A stretch of DNA of 64,000 bases from Cirrosporium novae-zelandiae (Eukaryota), in assembly GCA_026023565.1 (NCBI GenBank), contig JAPETS010000003.1, forward strand, positions 248,001 to 312,000, read 5' to 3'. Below the pieces are notes generated by a model. That model had not been told where the DNA came from. It saw only the letters and a list, made by a program, of their open reading frames with translations, and did no database searches. Positions 51,979-64,000 of this stretch are shown here, piece after piece. The translations under genes and the position numbers were made by a program. How positions within the stretch are numbered: the first letter of the stretch is position 1; every line of letters starts with the position of its first letter.

Positions 51979-52087
51979 GCTCGAGGGTGGTTCGCATGTT
52001 TAAAGGTGCAGTGACTTAAAAATGAAAGCGATTATATCTAGAAAAGTGACCTTGGGGAGGCCTTCAAACATACGAACCACCCTTGGC
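51979..52087. mobile_element. MITE-like element, TIR type C (short form)
   Basis: GCTCGAGGGTGGTTCGCATGTTTAAAGG ... GGGGAGGCCTTCAAACATACGAACCACCCTTGGC. Confidence 0.82.
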
Positions 52088-53977
52088 TTGAGGAATAGGA
52101 CAGAAGCATTCTCCGATTACCCTGCCACTTTTTTGGCGACACATGTCATGTACTTAGCTCAAGTGGTTGGCTTTGAGTGAGATTTAAAGATTCCTGAAAA
52201 AATGGTATTGAAGAATGAGACAAGAAATTTAGATGTTAGGGAAAATCATGGATTAGAGGTTAAAAGAGTGAAAGATGCAAAAAAAATGAAGTAGCTAACT
52301 TGTTTGGAAGCTTTGTCAAGGTCATTTCTGCTTCTCGAAAGTGTCAAGTGACTCCAAGTCAATTCGCATAGAGTAGCGTAAGTCGGAGGCACTAGACTTC
52401 CCTGTTCACTACTTCCGGAAATATTGAAATCTACACTCTGCAGCTCTCCTACTGTATTTGACAACTTCATCGATTCATCGATGATTTGTTAAATCCTTAC
52501 CTTTCTATTACTCTACCGATTAATATCGTCTTCTTCGCTTTTTGGCTTCCATGGCACCCTGCCATTTCGAAGTCTAGGCAGCACACTGGAAAACCACTCT
52601 TCACTTGATTCTCTACTCGTCCCTTGTCAATTGAAAAAAGAGTTATGGATCAGTGGAGTACTCCACCTCTAATCTACTTGAGCAATAGTCATAAAGGCAA
52701 CTACTTGTTGTGTAGATATGCCATATATGCCATATAATTATCACCTAGAAGTTACGTGAATTGGTAAAATTCTAAGGCTTTGGAGGCCTGGCATTAAATT
52801 ATGCATAATACACACAGTACGAGTAGTTACTGTACACAGTAAATATGAATTTATTCTCAATAGCCGGAGTTGTGCCGTTTGCCGTTTGCCGATGGATTTG
52901 GACGGTTATCGGCTCGACATCGGCTATTGTTCTCCAACCTCCAACCCCCCCACTGGCCCCCACCAAAATGTATCGGAGAATCGGAGAAACCCCAGTTTGT
53001 TTCCCCGAGTTGTTTGTTTCTCTCACCCGGGTCCCCAAAGGTGTGCCCCTGTGGCCCCCGATTTTCCCCATCACCTCCCCCCTGTAGCCCCCAACCATCC
53101 CCTCAACTGGGCAAAAGATAAATAAGCGTTTTTCCGACTTTTAGCCGAACGTTACGATACCGTGGAGCTATAGGGCAAGATCAACATTCTCAGATTAAAG
53201 GAACTTCAACATTACATCACGGATACAAAATCACACTGGAACCAATGATTAAAAAAAAACCTCTCGGATCAAAACAGATGAGGAAAATGATGGGTAGATG
53301 GGTGGATGGAACCCTTGGGGTTCCGCCGAGAGAGTACCATTGAATGCTACTGTGGGTCAACCATGCCCCATTGTTCCCGGGTGTGCTCCAAATATACCCC
53401 ATCTCATCTACTATCTAGAAGCTTGTTCCTGACAGACAACCCTGCTCTGTCTATGTTCCTTGCAGCTTTGCATCTTTCCACCGGTTTACCGGGGAGAGAC
53501 AATGGACTCTCCAGATGATCTAGGCATCGCGAACATCGAATGTTCCCGATGATAAATCACCTCAACTCTGACCAACTCCAATGAGCTTTAGATTCTTGAC
53601 ATACCGTGTATTGTACACCATGTACACGCTGACTGACCGACATACCGGGCAAAATACCTTTGAGATGGGGTGGGAAGATGGAGTGAAGCGGACCTAGGTG
53701 GGTCTACAAAACATAATGATTGGCAATATCTACCCAAACCATCACATGATCTGTCGCTGGTATTATCACAGAAATCTTGATCAGACCCGGGCCGTTGCTT
53801 CCTGGTTCTTCATCTGCCCCACCTATCCAATATCATGATTCTACGTCACGTTCTGTTCGTCGGGATGAGCAGAGATTGCCAGGAGTTAAGTGGAGGTGAT
53901 GGAATACATAAATTCAAGCCACCTCCTCCATTCTTTCAACCAGCTTCAGCTCGATCGTTTTTGTTGGTCTCCTAAAC

Positions 53978-56900
53978 ATGAAATTCGCAGCTGAACCAGC
54001 CGTAGCCTTGCTAGGCAGCTTGAGCTTGAGCGTCACCCTTGCTCAGGCAAGCAGTCCGGTATGTTTTACCCCATTAGCAGAACATGAAGATGACATAAAA
54101 CTAATTTTCAATTTGTACCTTGACAGTTTCCAGGAACTACATACTCCAAATATGTGGACTCTATAGCTGCCGCTGGCGCTCGGGCAAACCAGTCGAGTCC
54201 GCCATCATACCCATCGCCATGGGGGTCCGGCACGGGAGATTGGGCTGAGGCCTACGAAAAAGCGAGAGCTTTTGTCAAGCAGATGACCTTGGTTGAGAAA
54301 GTCAATTTGACGACAGGCACAGGGTAAATTATTCATGCATTGCTATATGAACACCCATTGCACTTTTCTTGGCTCTAATGCGTTTCATAGTTGGGAACAA
54401 GAAGCTTGTGTTGGTCAAACGGGATCAGTACCGAGACTTGGGCTCCGAGGGCTTTGTTTGCAAGGTATAACCACCAAGAATGGCCACATGAATTGATCAG
54501 CTAAAACCATGAAGATAGTCCTTTGGGAGTCAGAGACACCGATTGGCAATCGGCATTTCCTGCTGGCGTGACAGTTGGTTCGACATTTGACCGGAAGCTC
54601 ATGTATGAACGCGGTTATGCTATGGGCGCAGAACACAAGGCGAAAGGCGTCACAGTGGTCCTCGGACCTGTTGCTGGGCCCTTGGGAAGAACAGCGGAAG
54701 GTGCACGTAACTGGTGAGTTTTACGAATTGAATTATATACTCTCTTGCGACTAACGTCTTGCGCAGGGAAGGATTTGGTTCTGATCCAGTACTTGCGGGC
54801 ATTGCCATGGAACAAACAGTCAAGGGAATTCAAGATGCCGGGGTTGTTGCTTGTGCCAAGCATTTCATTGGCAATGAGCAGGATCATTTCCGTCTCGTCT
54901 CAGAAACCGTAGACTACGGCTGGAATATTAGTGAGAGTTTTAGTGCCAATATCGACGACGCTACGATGCACGAGGTGTATCTTTGGTATTTATACTCTAT
55001 TCTCCACAACATGAATCTTGCTAAATCAGTCATAGGCCATTTGCCGATGCAGTGCGTGCTGGCGTTGGTTCGGTTATGTGCTCTTATAACCAAGTTAACA
55101 ATAGCTACAGCTGTCAGAATTCCTATCTCATGAATCACCTCCTGAAGGGCGAGCTTGGCTTTGAAGGGTTTGTAGTGAGTGACTGGCCAGCACAACATGC
55201 CGGTGTCAGCAGTGCATTGGCCGGACTCGATATGACAATGCCTGGGGACTATGATTGGGATAATCTTGGAAAGACATTCTTTGGTTCCAATCTTACATTA
55301 TCTGTTCTCAACGGGACTGTTCCAGAATGGCGCATCGACGATATGGCTACTCGAATAATGGCTGCATTTTTCAAGGTCGGGCTTACGGTTGAACAACCGC
55401 CGATTAATTTCAACTCATTCAATCTTGACACCTACGGAGCATTGCATTATGCGGCCGGAGAAGAATACGGATACGGGCAAATCAACTGGCATGTCGATGT
55501 TAGAGGGAACCACAGTAACATTATCAGAGAAGTGGCAGCCAAAGGAACTGTCCTTCTGAAGAATGTTAACAATGCCTTGCCGCTGAAGAAGCCAAGATTT
55601 TTAGCTATTGTTGGTGAGGACGCTGGTCCGGCCAAGTATGGGCCAAATGGATGTTCCGACCGTGGCTGCGATGATGGTACTCTGGGTATGGGATGGGGCA
55701 GTGGGACTGCAGCCTACCCGTACATGGTTACGCCGCAATACGCAATTGAGGCCCATGCCATTGCCGATGGTACCATTGCTCAGACAATTACTGATAATTA
55801 TGCCTATGATGAGATCACCACTCTTGTCAGCCAAGTTGATGCCACATTGGTCTTTGTGAATGCCGATGCAGGCGAGTGGTACATTGTGGTCGACGAGAAT
55901 TATGGTGACCGGAATAATCTGACACTTTGGGGAGGCGGGGAAGAGCTTATTAAGAACGTCACGGCAAGTTGTAATAACACGATTGTCATTATGCACACTC
56001 CTGGGTAAGTCTTTCTGCTATGGATCATGATGCCTCCTATAAGAATGAGAAGACGGTTAATGGACACTTTACTGACTGACAACAGCCCCGTTCTCGTATC
56101 AGACTGGTACGAAAATCCCAACGTAACTGCCATTCTTTGGGCTGCCCTTCCCGGCCAGGAATCAGGAAATTCAATTGTCGATATTCTTTACGGTGATATC
56201 AACCCAGCTGGAAGAACCCCATTTACTTGGGGCAAAACGCGCAGTGACTACGGCACAGACGTCCTATACGAACTCAACTGCCAGGCTCCATGCGCACCAC
56301 AAATCAATTTCCAAGAGGGTAAATTCATCGATTACAAGGCTTTTGATAAGGTTGATGTGGATCCAATTTACGAGTTTGGATTCGGCCTCTCTTATACCAC
56401 CTTTGCGTACTCTGATCTAAACATCGAGAAGCTCTCCGTAGCAGACTACACCCCAACAACCGCCAACAGTACTGCCGCACCGGTGCTAGGAAATTATAGC
56501 ACGAATCTTGCCGACTACCAATTCCCCCAAAACCTGACTAGAGTTGCTGGGTTCCTCTACCCGTGGCTCAACTCCACCAACGCCTCACTTGCCTCCGAAG
56601 ATTCTACATATAACGATGGAAATAACGAGTATATACCCACAGGCGCATTGGATGGCTCATCACAACCGATTAATCCGGCGGGTGGTGCACCAGGTGGCAA
56701 TCCAGCATTGTGGGACGTCATGTATATTGTCAATGCCACAATCACAAACAATGGTACACTTGATGGCGACGAAGTACCACAGTTGGTAAGTAATTTGATT
56801 TTCATCAGCTCCATCGAAGCGGAATGCTAATCTTTCTTAATTTATAGTACGTGAGCCTCGGTGGTCCCGATGACGCCAAGGTAGCCCTGCGAAACTTTGA

Positions 56901-57072
56901 CCGTTTAACAATCGCAGCGGGAGAATCTGCAACCTTCTCCGCTAACCTGACACGTCGTGATCTATCCAACTGGGATACGGCATCGCAGAACTGGGTCATT
57001 TCAAACTATACCAAGACTGTCTATGTCGGGAGCTCTTCTAGGAAGCTGCATCTTTCGCAGACGCTGGCTTGA
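53978..57072 (+). CDS. Secreted GH3 beta-glucosidase (BglA-like); multi-exon
   Basis: Signal peptide, [52 protein letters not shown] nucleophile, [15 protein letters not shown] and a C-terminal Fn3-like domain. Confidence 0.96.
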
Positions 57073-57503
57073 ACGAGATGATCACTTGAGAGAGATTTAA
57101 GGGGGAGGAGACTACCCCTTTTTAGAAATCTGGACTCATTTTGTCTAAATATTTATTGTATAATGATTTTGATCAATGGAAAGGCATTATGAATACAACG
57201 TTTAACAAAACTACGTTCATCTAATAGAATTTAAAAACAGGTCCACTTTTCATTACCCTTTTCATCCACAGAGAAAAGGACTCCGTTCTCCCTCAAGGTA
57301 GGATCTGAGGGTCACGCAAACCAAAGCAGTGACCTACGGATACAAACCAAGATCAAGTTTTTCTAGACATCCCACGTAGAAACTACCCATGGATAGCATG
57401 ATACTCACCAGCTTTCTCTTGTTCCTTCCTACTCCAACCTTATGATAGATAACTCATGCCCCAAAATCCATATTCTTGCTGGAATGAATCTCTCTCGTCC
57501 ATA

Positions 57504-57753
57504 CTTTCAACGTGTAGAAATGAAAGCGGCTAGACCCTAAAAAAAACGAACCTAGAAAAGTGACCTTAAGGAGGCCTTCAAAACAAAATGAATTTTTATA
57601 TATTCACAACTAATTTGTCTTTAAAGCATTGGAGAAACCTTCAAAACGAATTGTTGTTAAAAAATGATTGTGTTTTTAAAAAAAAAATCTTCCCAAGATT
57701 ATATTCTAGTTCCATTTTTGGGTCTGGTCGCTTTGATTTCAACCTGTCAAAAG
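57504..57753. mobile_element. MITE-like element, TIR type A (long form), TA on both flanks
   Basis: TA|CTTTCAACGTGTAGAAATGAAAGCGGCTAGACCC ... GGGTCTGGTCGCTTTGATTTCAACCTGTCAAAAG|TA. Confidence 0.88.
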
Positions 57754-58178
57754 TAGGTACAGTCCGTATCAGACGAAACAGTGGTGTAATGACAAAGAGC
57801 CTTTTATGGTGTCGATATTTGTAGAGAGTGGATTTCGGAGTTTTGATGGTGTGTGAGCTGGTCTTTTTTTTTCAACGGGTTTAGGTTTTTATTTAGGTCG
57901 GTGCTAATTAGAAAAGGAATGGGATTAGATAGACCACCTAGGTAATTAATTAATTAATCCATTTATGCGAAGTTGGTTGATCAGACCTACTTACTCACTC
58001 CTTAAATATAACCCGCCTATCGTAATATAACAGTTCAACTGATCGGTCATAAAGTTTTTTTCTTTTATTCTGTGGCCGACGAGACTGAGCCTCCGTTTTT
58101 TTTGATAAATCAATCAGACTCAACAAAGGGTTGATCTAGCCCGGCCTGGCCTATTCCTCAACGCTACTGCTGCTGCTC

Positions 58179-59615
58179 TTATTTGGCTTTGGACGATATT
58201 AACCCTTGTCGCAACCAGATAATCTCTTGTTTCCTTGTGCGTTCCTCGACGCTCAGTGTGTATCTCCTATGGGAGAAAACTACTTTGTAGCTAAATAACA
58301 CCTTTTCTGCCCTGTTAAGGAGGTTTTGGTTTTAGTTAAGGATACTAATGTTTTTCTTGTCGTTTTTGTTGTTGGAGGAGGAAAGGGGTTATAAGACTTA
58401 CGTTTCTGTGCCGATCTCAAGGTCTTTCATTCTTTCGTGGTCCCAGATTGCATAACCCCATCGTCTTAAACGCTCTATAATCCTATCGGGCGAGAAAGTT
58501 GCGAACGGTTTTGGGGGCCTTAAATCTTTCATTGCCCATAGCCAACCGTAATTGTACTTTTCAGCATCATCATGAAACCCCACTTCAGGATGACTAGTCT
58601 CTGGCCATTCGTATATGGGCCGGCCGTGGTATGCCGGAATTGTCCTTAGAGCTTCGCTCAAAACATTCTCCGGGGGCTCCCTGCTTCCGAGAAGATCAAA
58701 CCTATTTTCCGAGGTATCTGCTGCCAGCATCGCTTTGATTGTGCTTAGGCCACGTGTTAAGCAACCTTCTAGCCACCCATCTTGGAAATAGATACGACTG
58801 TCACGAGAGAAGAACCAGTCGTCGTTGTTCCATCTACTCTGGGAGCCACCTGGATCGATTGGATGTGGCCCATGCTCTAAAAAGTCCTGCATAAAATCAT
58901 CCTCAACTTGGTTGACATAATCCGTCAGTCTTTCTATAAGGTAACTTCGTACGCAAAGGAATTCTTCAAGCTCCCAATCTTCAAGGCGTTGCAAAAAAGC
59001 TTTCGACTGCTCTTCCAAAGCGATCTCGTCCTGGGGTGATTCAGGAGTATAAAAAATTTGTCCGTAGAGCTCCATACGATAAAATGCTCTTACTAGTCGA
59101 GAATGTTCCGTCTGCGATAAAACAAAGGCGCTTTTTGCATCTGCTGCTCCGGAGGAGTACTTAGACGACGACCGACAGGTTTTAAGACGAATATCGTTCT
59201 CAATATTAGCAAGGCGGGTGATAGCAAAGTCAGAAATAAGATATTCGACGATTTCATGGAACTGAACAAGAGCCTTTAAGATTTCTAGGGAGAATTTGTA
59301 AGGTATCTTAGGTGATTTCTGTCGAAAGTCTTCTAGAGATGCGAGCACGGCTGTACCATCGCGTCGTGGTCCTCTCTGCTTGCGCTGCTCAAGTGCATCC
59401 ACAGCAAGCGGTAAAGCGGCGGAAGTAATATAGTTTTGCGCTATGTGCGATAAGATAGCTGCCTTGGACAACCTATAAACTTGGAAATAGCGGGGAGAAG
59501 CATTGAGCAAGGCGTATAGTGATTTTATATTTGGGATTTGTTTTAGTATCTGAAATTGTATCTCGGGTGGCAGGAGTTCGAGACTCGTGGCATCGCAAGA
59601 ATTATTGCGACTCAT
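58179..59615 (-). CDS. F-box-like fungal hypothetical protein; 2 exons
   Basis: LELLPPEIQFQILKQIPNIKSLYALLNASP, EHSRLVRAFYR.ELY, WELEE..CV and LRRWGYAIWDHERM. A predicted intron at about 58313-58401 adds a short last exon. Confidence 0.8.
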
Positions 59616-59927
59616 GGCGAATACCTATCTTCGGATTCGAGGTTGCTGCAATCAAGTTTGGAGGATGTTGAGGCAATACCTAGAGGTGGAAATAGTACGC
59701 TAGTCTATAGATTGTATAGCGTACGTACTTTATTTTCGTTAGCCCTACCACGTCGTCTTGTAGTTTCAAGCCGAGGGACCAAACAGACTTATTTATCAAT
59801 ATTGAAAATTAATGGATGATCATTTTTCTTGGGGGAGGGGAACGGATGTTGGGGATGTGGGCGGGGTATATTGAGGTCTTTCGCCTCGACTAGCCTCTGT
59901 AGTTTATCGTTGATGGAGCGGAGTACC

Positions 59928-60785
59928 CAGCGAAGGGAATGAACTAGACCAGCCTTTTTTATAGACGGACCAGACTTTGATTGCCCAAAATAAGGTGTTG
60001 TAAATCGAGACGTAAAATGTGTTATACGACTGTATGATGTGACCAACCAGACCGAACCCCTTGGTCTAGTCGGTCTGGTCTATTCCCTTCCCTAAACTGT
60101 TTATGTGACTATATACCCCGCGAGGAAACCACACAGCAGTTCCATAACACTATCTACGATTGACAGGACCACCTTCTTTGCGATCTTGTTCTTTGAGGCC
60201 ATGGTTGTTTGTGTACTTGGTATGTTTTAGAAAGGAAAGAGGGAACGACGGTGGAAAGAAGGTTGTACTGTACATGCACCTTCATACCATATTATCTCCC
60301 AAAAATGGAGGAAAGATCTTCCAGAGCTCTTTTCTAGTCCACCAATTTCTAGGTGCTGTGGCTTCCTAAGTCGGTTACCTTAAATAAACACATGCCGTTG
60401 CTGATTTCAGAAGCAGAAGCGGAAAATTGTCGGGGTCTGGGAACCCCGATATCGGTCCATGCCAACGTTGTATGGCTTCCGTGGTGTTGACGTTCGTAGA
60501 AGCCTCAGTGCATGAGAAACGGTGATCAGGGGCACAACGGGTGTGTATTCGGGGCCATATTGGGGGCGCGGGGGGACCTTTTTGGCTTTAGATTAAACTC
60601 AAAATTCCAAAACTCCGAACTCCGACATCCCCCAAAACCTCAACACCACAAAAATCTTCCCCCCACCATATAATTCGTATTTATATAGACCGGATAGACC
60701 TTGGGCAATCAAAGTCTGGTTGGTCTACGGTCTATAGACGGTCTAAGGTAGACCGTCTATTTGGTCTAGTCTATTCCTTTCACTG
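59928..60785. mobile_element. Second non-autonomous TIR family (type D) with CAG...CTG ends and AGACC/GGTCT-rich subterminal repeats
   Basis: CAGCGAAGGGAATGAACTAGACC matches the reverse complement of GGTCTAGTCTATTCCTTTCACTG. There is a perfect 20-bp inverted match 59969-59988 / 60701-60720 and an extra right-end copy at about 60063-60093. Confidence 0.65.
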
Positions 60786-62146
60786 CTCTGAATGTCATAC
60801 TGAGCCCCCACTCCCCTATCAAACACCGAGACTCTTAATGAAAGCATCGGTTGAAGCCTCTACAAGACGGTCCGCAGAAAGAAAATATCACATCAGCTGT
60901 CCTACTAAATATAAAACAGGTTATCCCAGTTGGAATTCTGCTGCTGCTGTTAGTAAGACAAGATTTGGAAGCCTGGTGGAAGTTATCATCAAAGCCTTTG
61001 CTGCTAAGATTCTGGTTTATGTATTGTATGACTATTGGCGGACCGACGCCAAAACTCCCGTTCAATTATGCGACTAGCGACCTAACGGGATGGATCAGAT
61101 TAAGACTTTGGGCTTATAAGATTCATCAGACGTGATCGGCCAGACGTTACCCTTTAGCTATGATTCTGCCACGTTCTCGAATGATTTAGTTATGTCCACC
61201 TAAGGTGGCCCTGGTTGCAGAACAAACTCGCTGACAGTTAGATCTGCCTACCATGGGTAGGAGTAATGGGCTTCTAGGAATAAACCTTGAGATTGGCCCA
61301 CAAATATAACTTGTTTAGGATCACCACCGATATTATGTTGGTTCGGACCCATTCTAGAGCTGGCCGTTGGCCTAGGAATTCAGCATTCTGTAGCAGTCAT
61401 GGAGCACTCGAGAATCCAAAAATTTTGACACCGAGGCTTTGTTCGTCAGTATATCATCACATGGAGCAGTAGCTCGTCTTAACGCCAATGATTATCTTGA
61501 GGAACAAGGGGGGAAAGGTTCATTACTTGGCTATAATGACAATAGAATTATGCGCATCCCGAAAGTATGCACCATTGTAGTAAGGGCTCTTTGTCATGCC
61601 AGCGGCAAAGCCTTATATTCACTGATCAATAGTTTATCGAGGCCATCTATTAAGCCCTTTCAAACGTACCGTATCGCCCCCCTATGAATAAACCAGAACA
61701 GATTTGTTGGTTCTGTTTCAGCTTCGAGCAGTTTTCGCTCATGCTATCCCCTCTGTTAGGCTGCATGAGGTTTAACTCCCGAGGAGCATGGGTGTACTCT
61801 TCTCCAGGAACTGTCCTAAATAAGTTTAATATGTATAGCCAATCCCTTTGTCTATCAGCAAATTCCCTCCTAAGAAATATATGTCAATAGTCAAGTTAAG
61901 CATATTTATAAGCGGGCGCACAATGACTTACCTAGGTAGTCAAGTGTCGGTCCACAATCACGATTCAATTCCTTGAGATAGCCCAACTCACAAATCGAGA
62001 GGCATGAATGGTTTTATTGCTGGGATATAGCTGAGGTACCGCAAATCTTAGCTCTCCATTCAAGGTTGCACATATGAAAGCCTAAGATATTCAGGCACAA
62101 CAGGCCTCCCCATAGCTAAGATAGCCAAGCAAATAGCCGCTCTCTA

Positions 62147-62325
62147 CTTTCGAGGGGTAGAAATGAAAGCGACCAGACCCCAAAAATGAACCCAGAAAAG
62201 TGACCTTCAGGAGGCCTCCAAATTAAATTTTTATTGAAAACAGATTTTTTTTGAAGGCCTTCCTAGGATCACTTTTCTGGGATCACTTTTGGGGGTCTAG
62301 TCGCTTTCATTTCTACCGTCAAAAG
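62147..62325. mobile_element. MITE-like element, TIR type A, nearly fully palindromic, TA on both flanks
   Basis: TA|CTTTCGAGGGGTAGAAATGAAAGCGACCAGACCCC ... GGGGTCTAGTCGCTTTCATTTCTACCGTCAAAAG|TA. Confidence 0.9.
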
Positions 62326-63190
62326 TACAGCCCGATGAATACGAGAGACGACAGACGAGGATGATTGTATGGCCAACCATAGTGGCAAGGATCCTCGACA
62401 CTGCTAGGGATGAAATTCAAGATATCACGGTATTAACAATTTCCGATATAGATTCTAAGGTTTTGGAAAAAAGAAGAAAAGATTGAGGAGATAAACTCTT
62501 CAGCTGTCCAGGTCCAGACTTTAAGGCTGATTCAGGCAGCTTTCGGACCAATAAGGAGGCAGCGTATACGGTCGTATAGAATTGAGCTCTAAGCCTTATC
62601 TAAACGGGATCCGGAACTTAAAAAACTCTCCCAATGTATAGGTACGATACGCGGATAACACTAGAGTAGTTAGACGTTCGTTGACTGGTAATTAGATACT
62701 AAGTACACGTACGGCAGTAGATATTAAACGAAGAAATTTGGTGGCTTGAAGTTCTCGCATGCATAACTGCGATGGGCTTAGTCTCCGACTACCATTTTTA
62801 AACTTTATCACCACAGCCGCATTTACCTCCACTGTACTTTAACTATCTACATGCTGAGCTACTCCTACTCCAGTAAGAATACAGCCATGTCGCTCCTTCT
62901 CTTGTTCTATGACCTAGTGTATTCCAGCTCTTGACAACTAGGCTGAGCATGCCTTCAATCAAACCCTTGTCGTTTGAGATCAATATTATCATCATCATGG
63001 CTTATCGTTGTCCTCTCAACTTTTTGCTCCCCCTCATATATTTGGGGGCAATCCCTTCTCTGATGATGTCCTTTCTGTGGCAGCATCAACATTTTTTTGG
63101 TTTTCTCTTTTTTCACGACCATTGATCAAGATATCCTTTTTTTTTCGTTGTTACCGGCACCCAACAGCTCGATAACTCATTTTTACAAAC

Positions 63191-64000
63191 ATGACGACGT
63201 CCTCAAGCTCTGATTCCAGCTGCCCGGCACTACCAACCTCAGATCCCAAGCCCGTCATCAATGGCATGACCTTTCAGCACGTCGCTGCGATCGCTAGCTT
63301 GGCATGTACTGTCTGGACAACACTGGTTTTTTTCTTCCTCCTTAACAGACACCTTCTTCGATATGCTGTAGGCGACGAACAAAGGCAGATTGTCCGCATC
63401 ATAGCGACTCCAGTCATATTCAGCTTGATAAGCCTCCTTATGATCCTCTTTTATTCATCTGCCCTCTATATCGACCCGATTCGTGATACATATGAGGCAA
63501 TCGCTCTTGTTAGCTTGTTCCTGCTCTATGTCAACTACCTTGTGCCCCGGGGAGAGGACCGCCTGAAGTGCTTCTACAATTTCGATCGTAAAAATAAAGC
63601 TGGAGAAATCATTCCTGGAGGAAGTCTTAAATGGTTCAAGGTATGGCTTCTCGCATGCATTACACCATACGAAATATATCTCACAAAATGTCAATGGCAA
63701 TTAGAAAACATGGGTCTGTGTTTTCCAGTATATTATTAGTAAGATTATTTTGATGGCTGCCCAAATGATCACTGAGGCGGCTGGGATCTATTGCGAGACA
63801 TCGAATAAGATCCGGTATGGGCATATCTGGGTGAGCTCCACGATACCTGATTTGGTAACCGACTGCGGATCTTCTAACTTCTATCGATAGATCAAAGTTA
63901 TAGGGATATTGGTGACTATAATAGCCGTCATGTCAGTTGTACGATTCTATTCGCAGCTCAAGGCAGAGTTGGCCGGTCATAGGCCGCTATTAAAACTCAT
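63191..64000 (+). CDS. TMEM184/OST-alpha (Solute_trans_a) family membrane protein, truncated by the window end
   Basis: HLLRY....EQRQIVRII..PVIFSL.S, YIDPIRDTYEAIALVSLFLL, GIYC and QLKAELAGHRPLLKL; GT-AG introns. Confidence 0.85.

Noticed and set aside
60835..61890. Short ORFs downstream of the type-D element
   Set aside because: No motifs or consistent splice structure that I could support.
3144..62325. Repeated palindromes interpreted as a CRISPR array or bacterial REP elements
   Set aside because: The copies are dispersed, variable in length and have no spacer architecture; the genome is intron-containing fungal DNA with no cas or REP-associated transposase gene.
181..64000. Secondary-metabolite cluster or Starship-type giant element
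   Set aside because: No PKS, NRPS or terpene backbone enzyme and no DUF3435 tyrosine recombinase is recognisable; conserved housekeeping genes are interspersed throughout.

Overview
Eukaryotic DNA from a filamentous ascomycete (Pezizomycotina-type genes with short GT-AG introns). About 18 apparently intact intron-containing or single-exon genes are present: two LaeA-like SAM methyltransferases, an S8 subtilase, PalH/Rim21, dihydroxyacetone kinase, SmD2, an Ams2/Spt21-like GATA factor, RPA3, a P1B heavy-metal ATPase, GH127, Lag1/Lac1 ceramide synthase, a Dabb protein, a PQ-loop transporter, a PPPDE-thioredoxin-PUL protein, a GH3 beta-glucosidase, two F-box-like orphans and a partial TMEM184/OST-alpha gene. 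Decayed genes lie between them: a HeLo-like NLR N-terminus, an AnmK/levoglucosan-kinase relic, and a NACHT-ankyrin NLR with a premature stop, a frameshift and a solo-LTR insertion. The most striking unannotated structure is a dense set (about 11-13 copies in 64 kb) of 110-310 bp hairpin MITE-like elements. They have three unrelated terminal inverted repeats (A, B, C) wrapped around one shared internal module (GGGAGGCCTTCAAAC / GTTTGAAGGCCTCCC), and some copies are chimeric. All coordinates were read by eye; splice sites are predictions and no database search was run.
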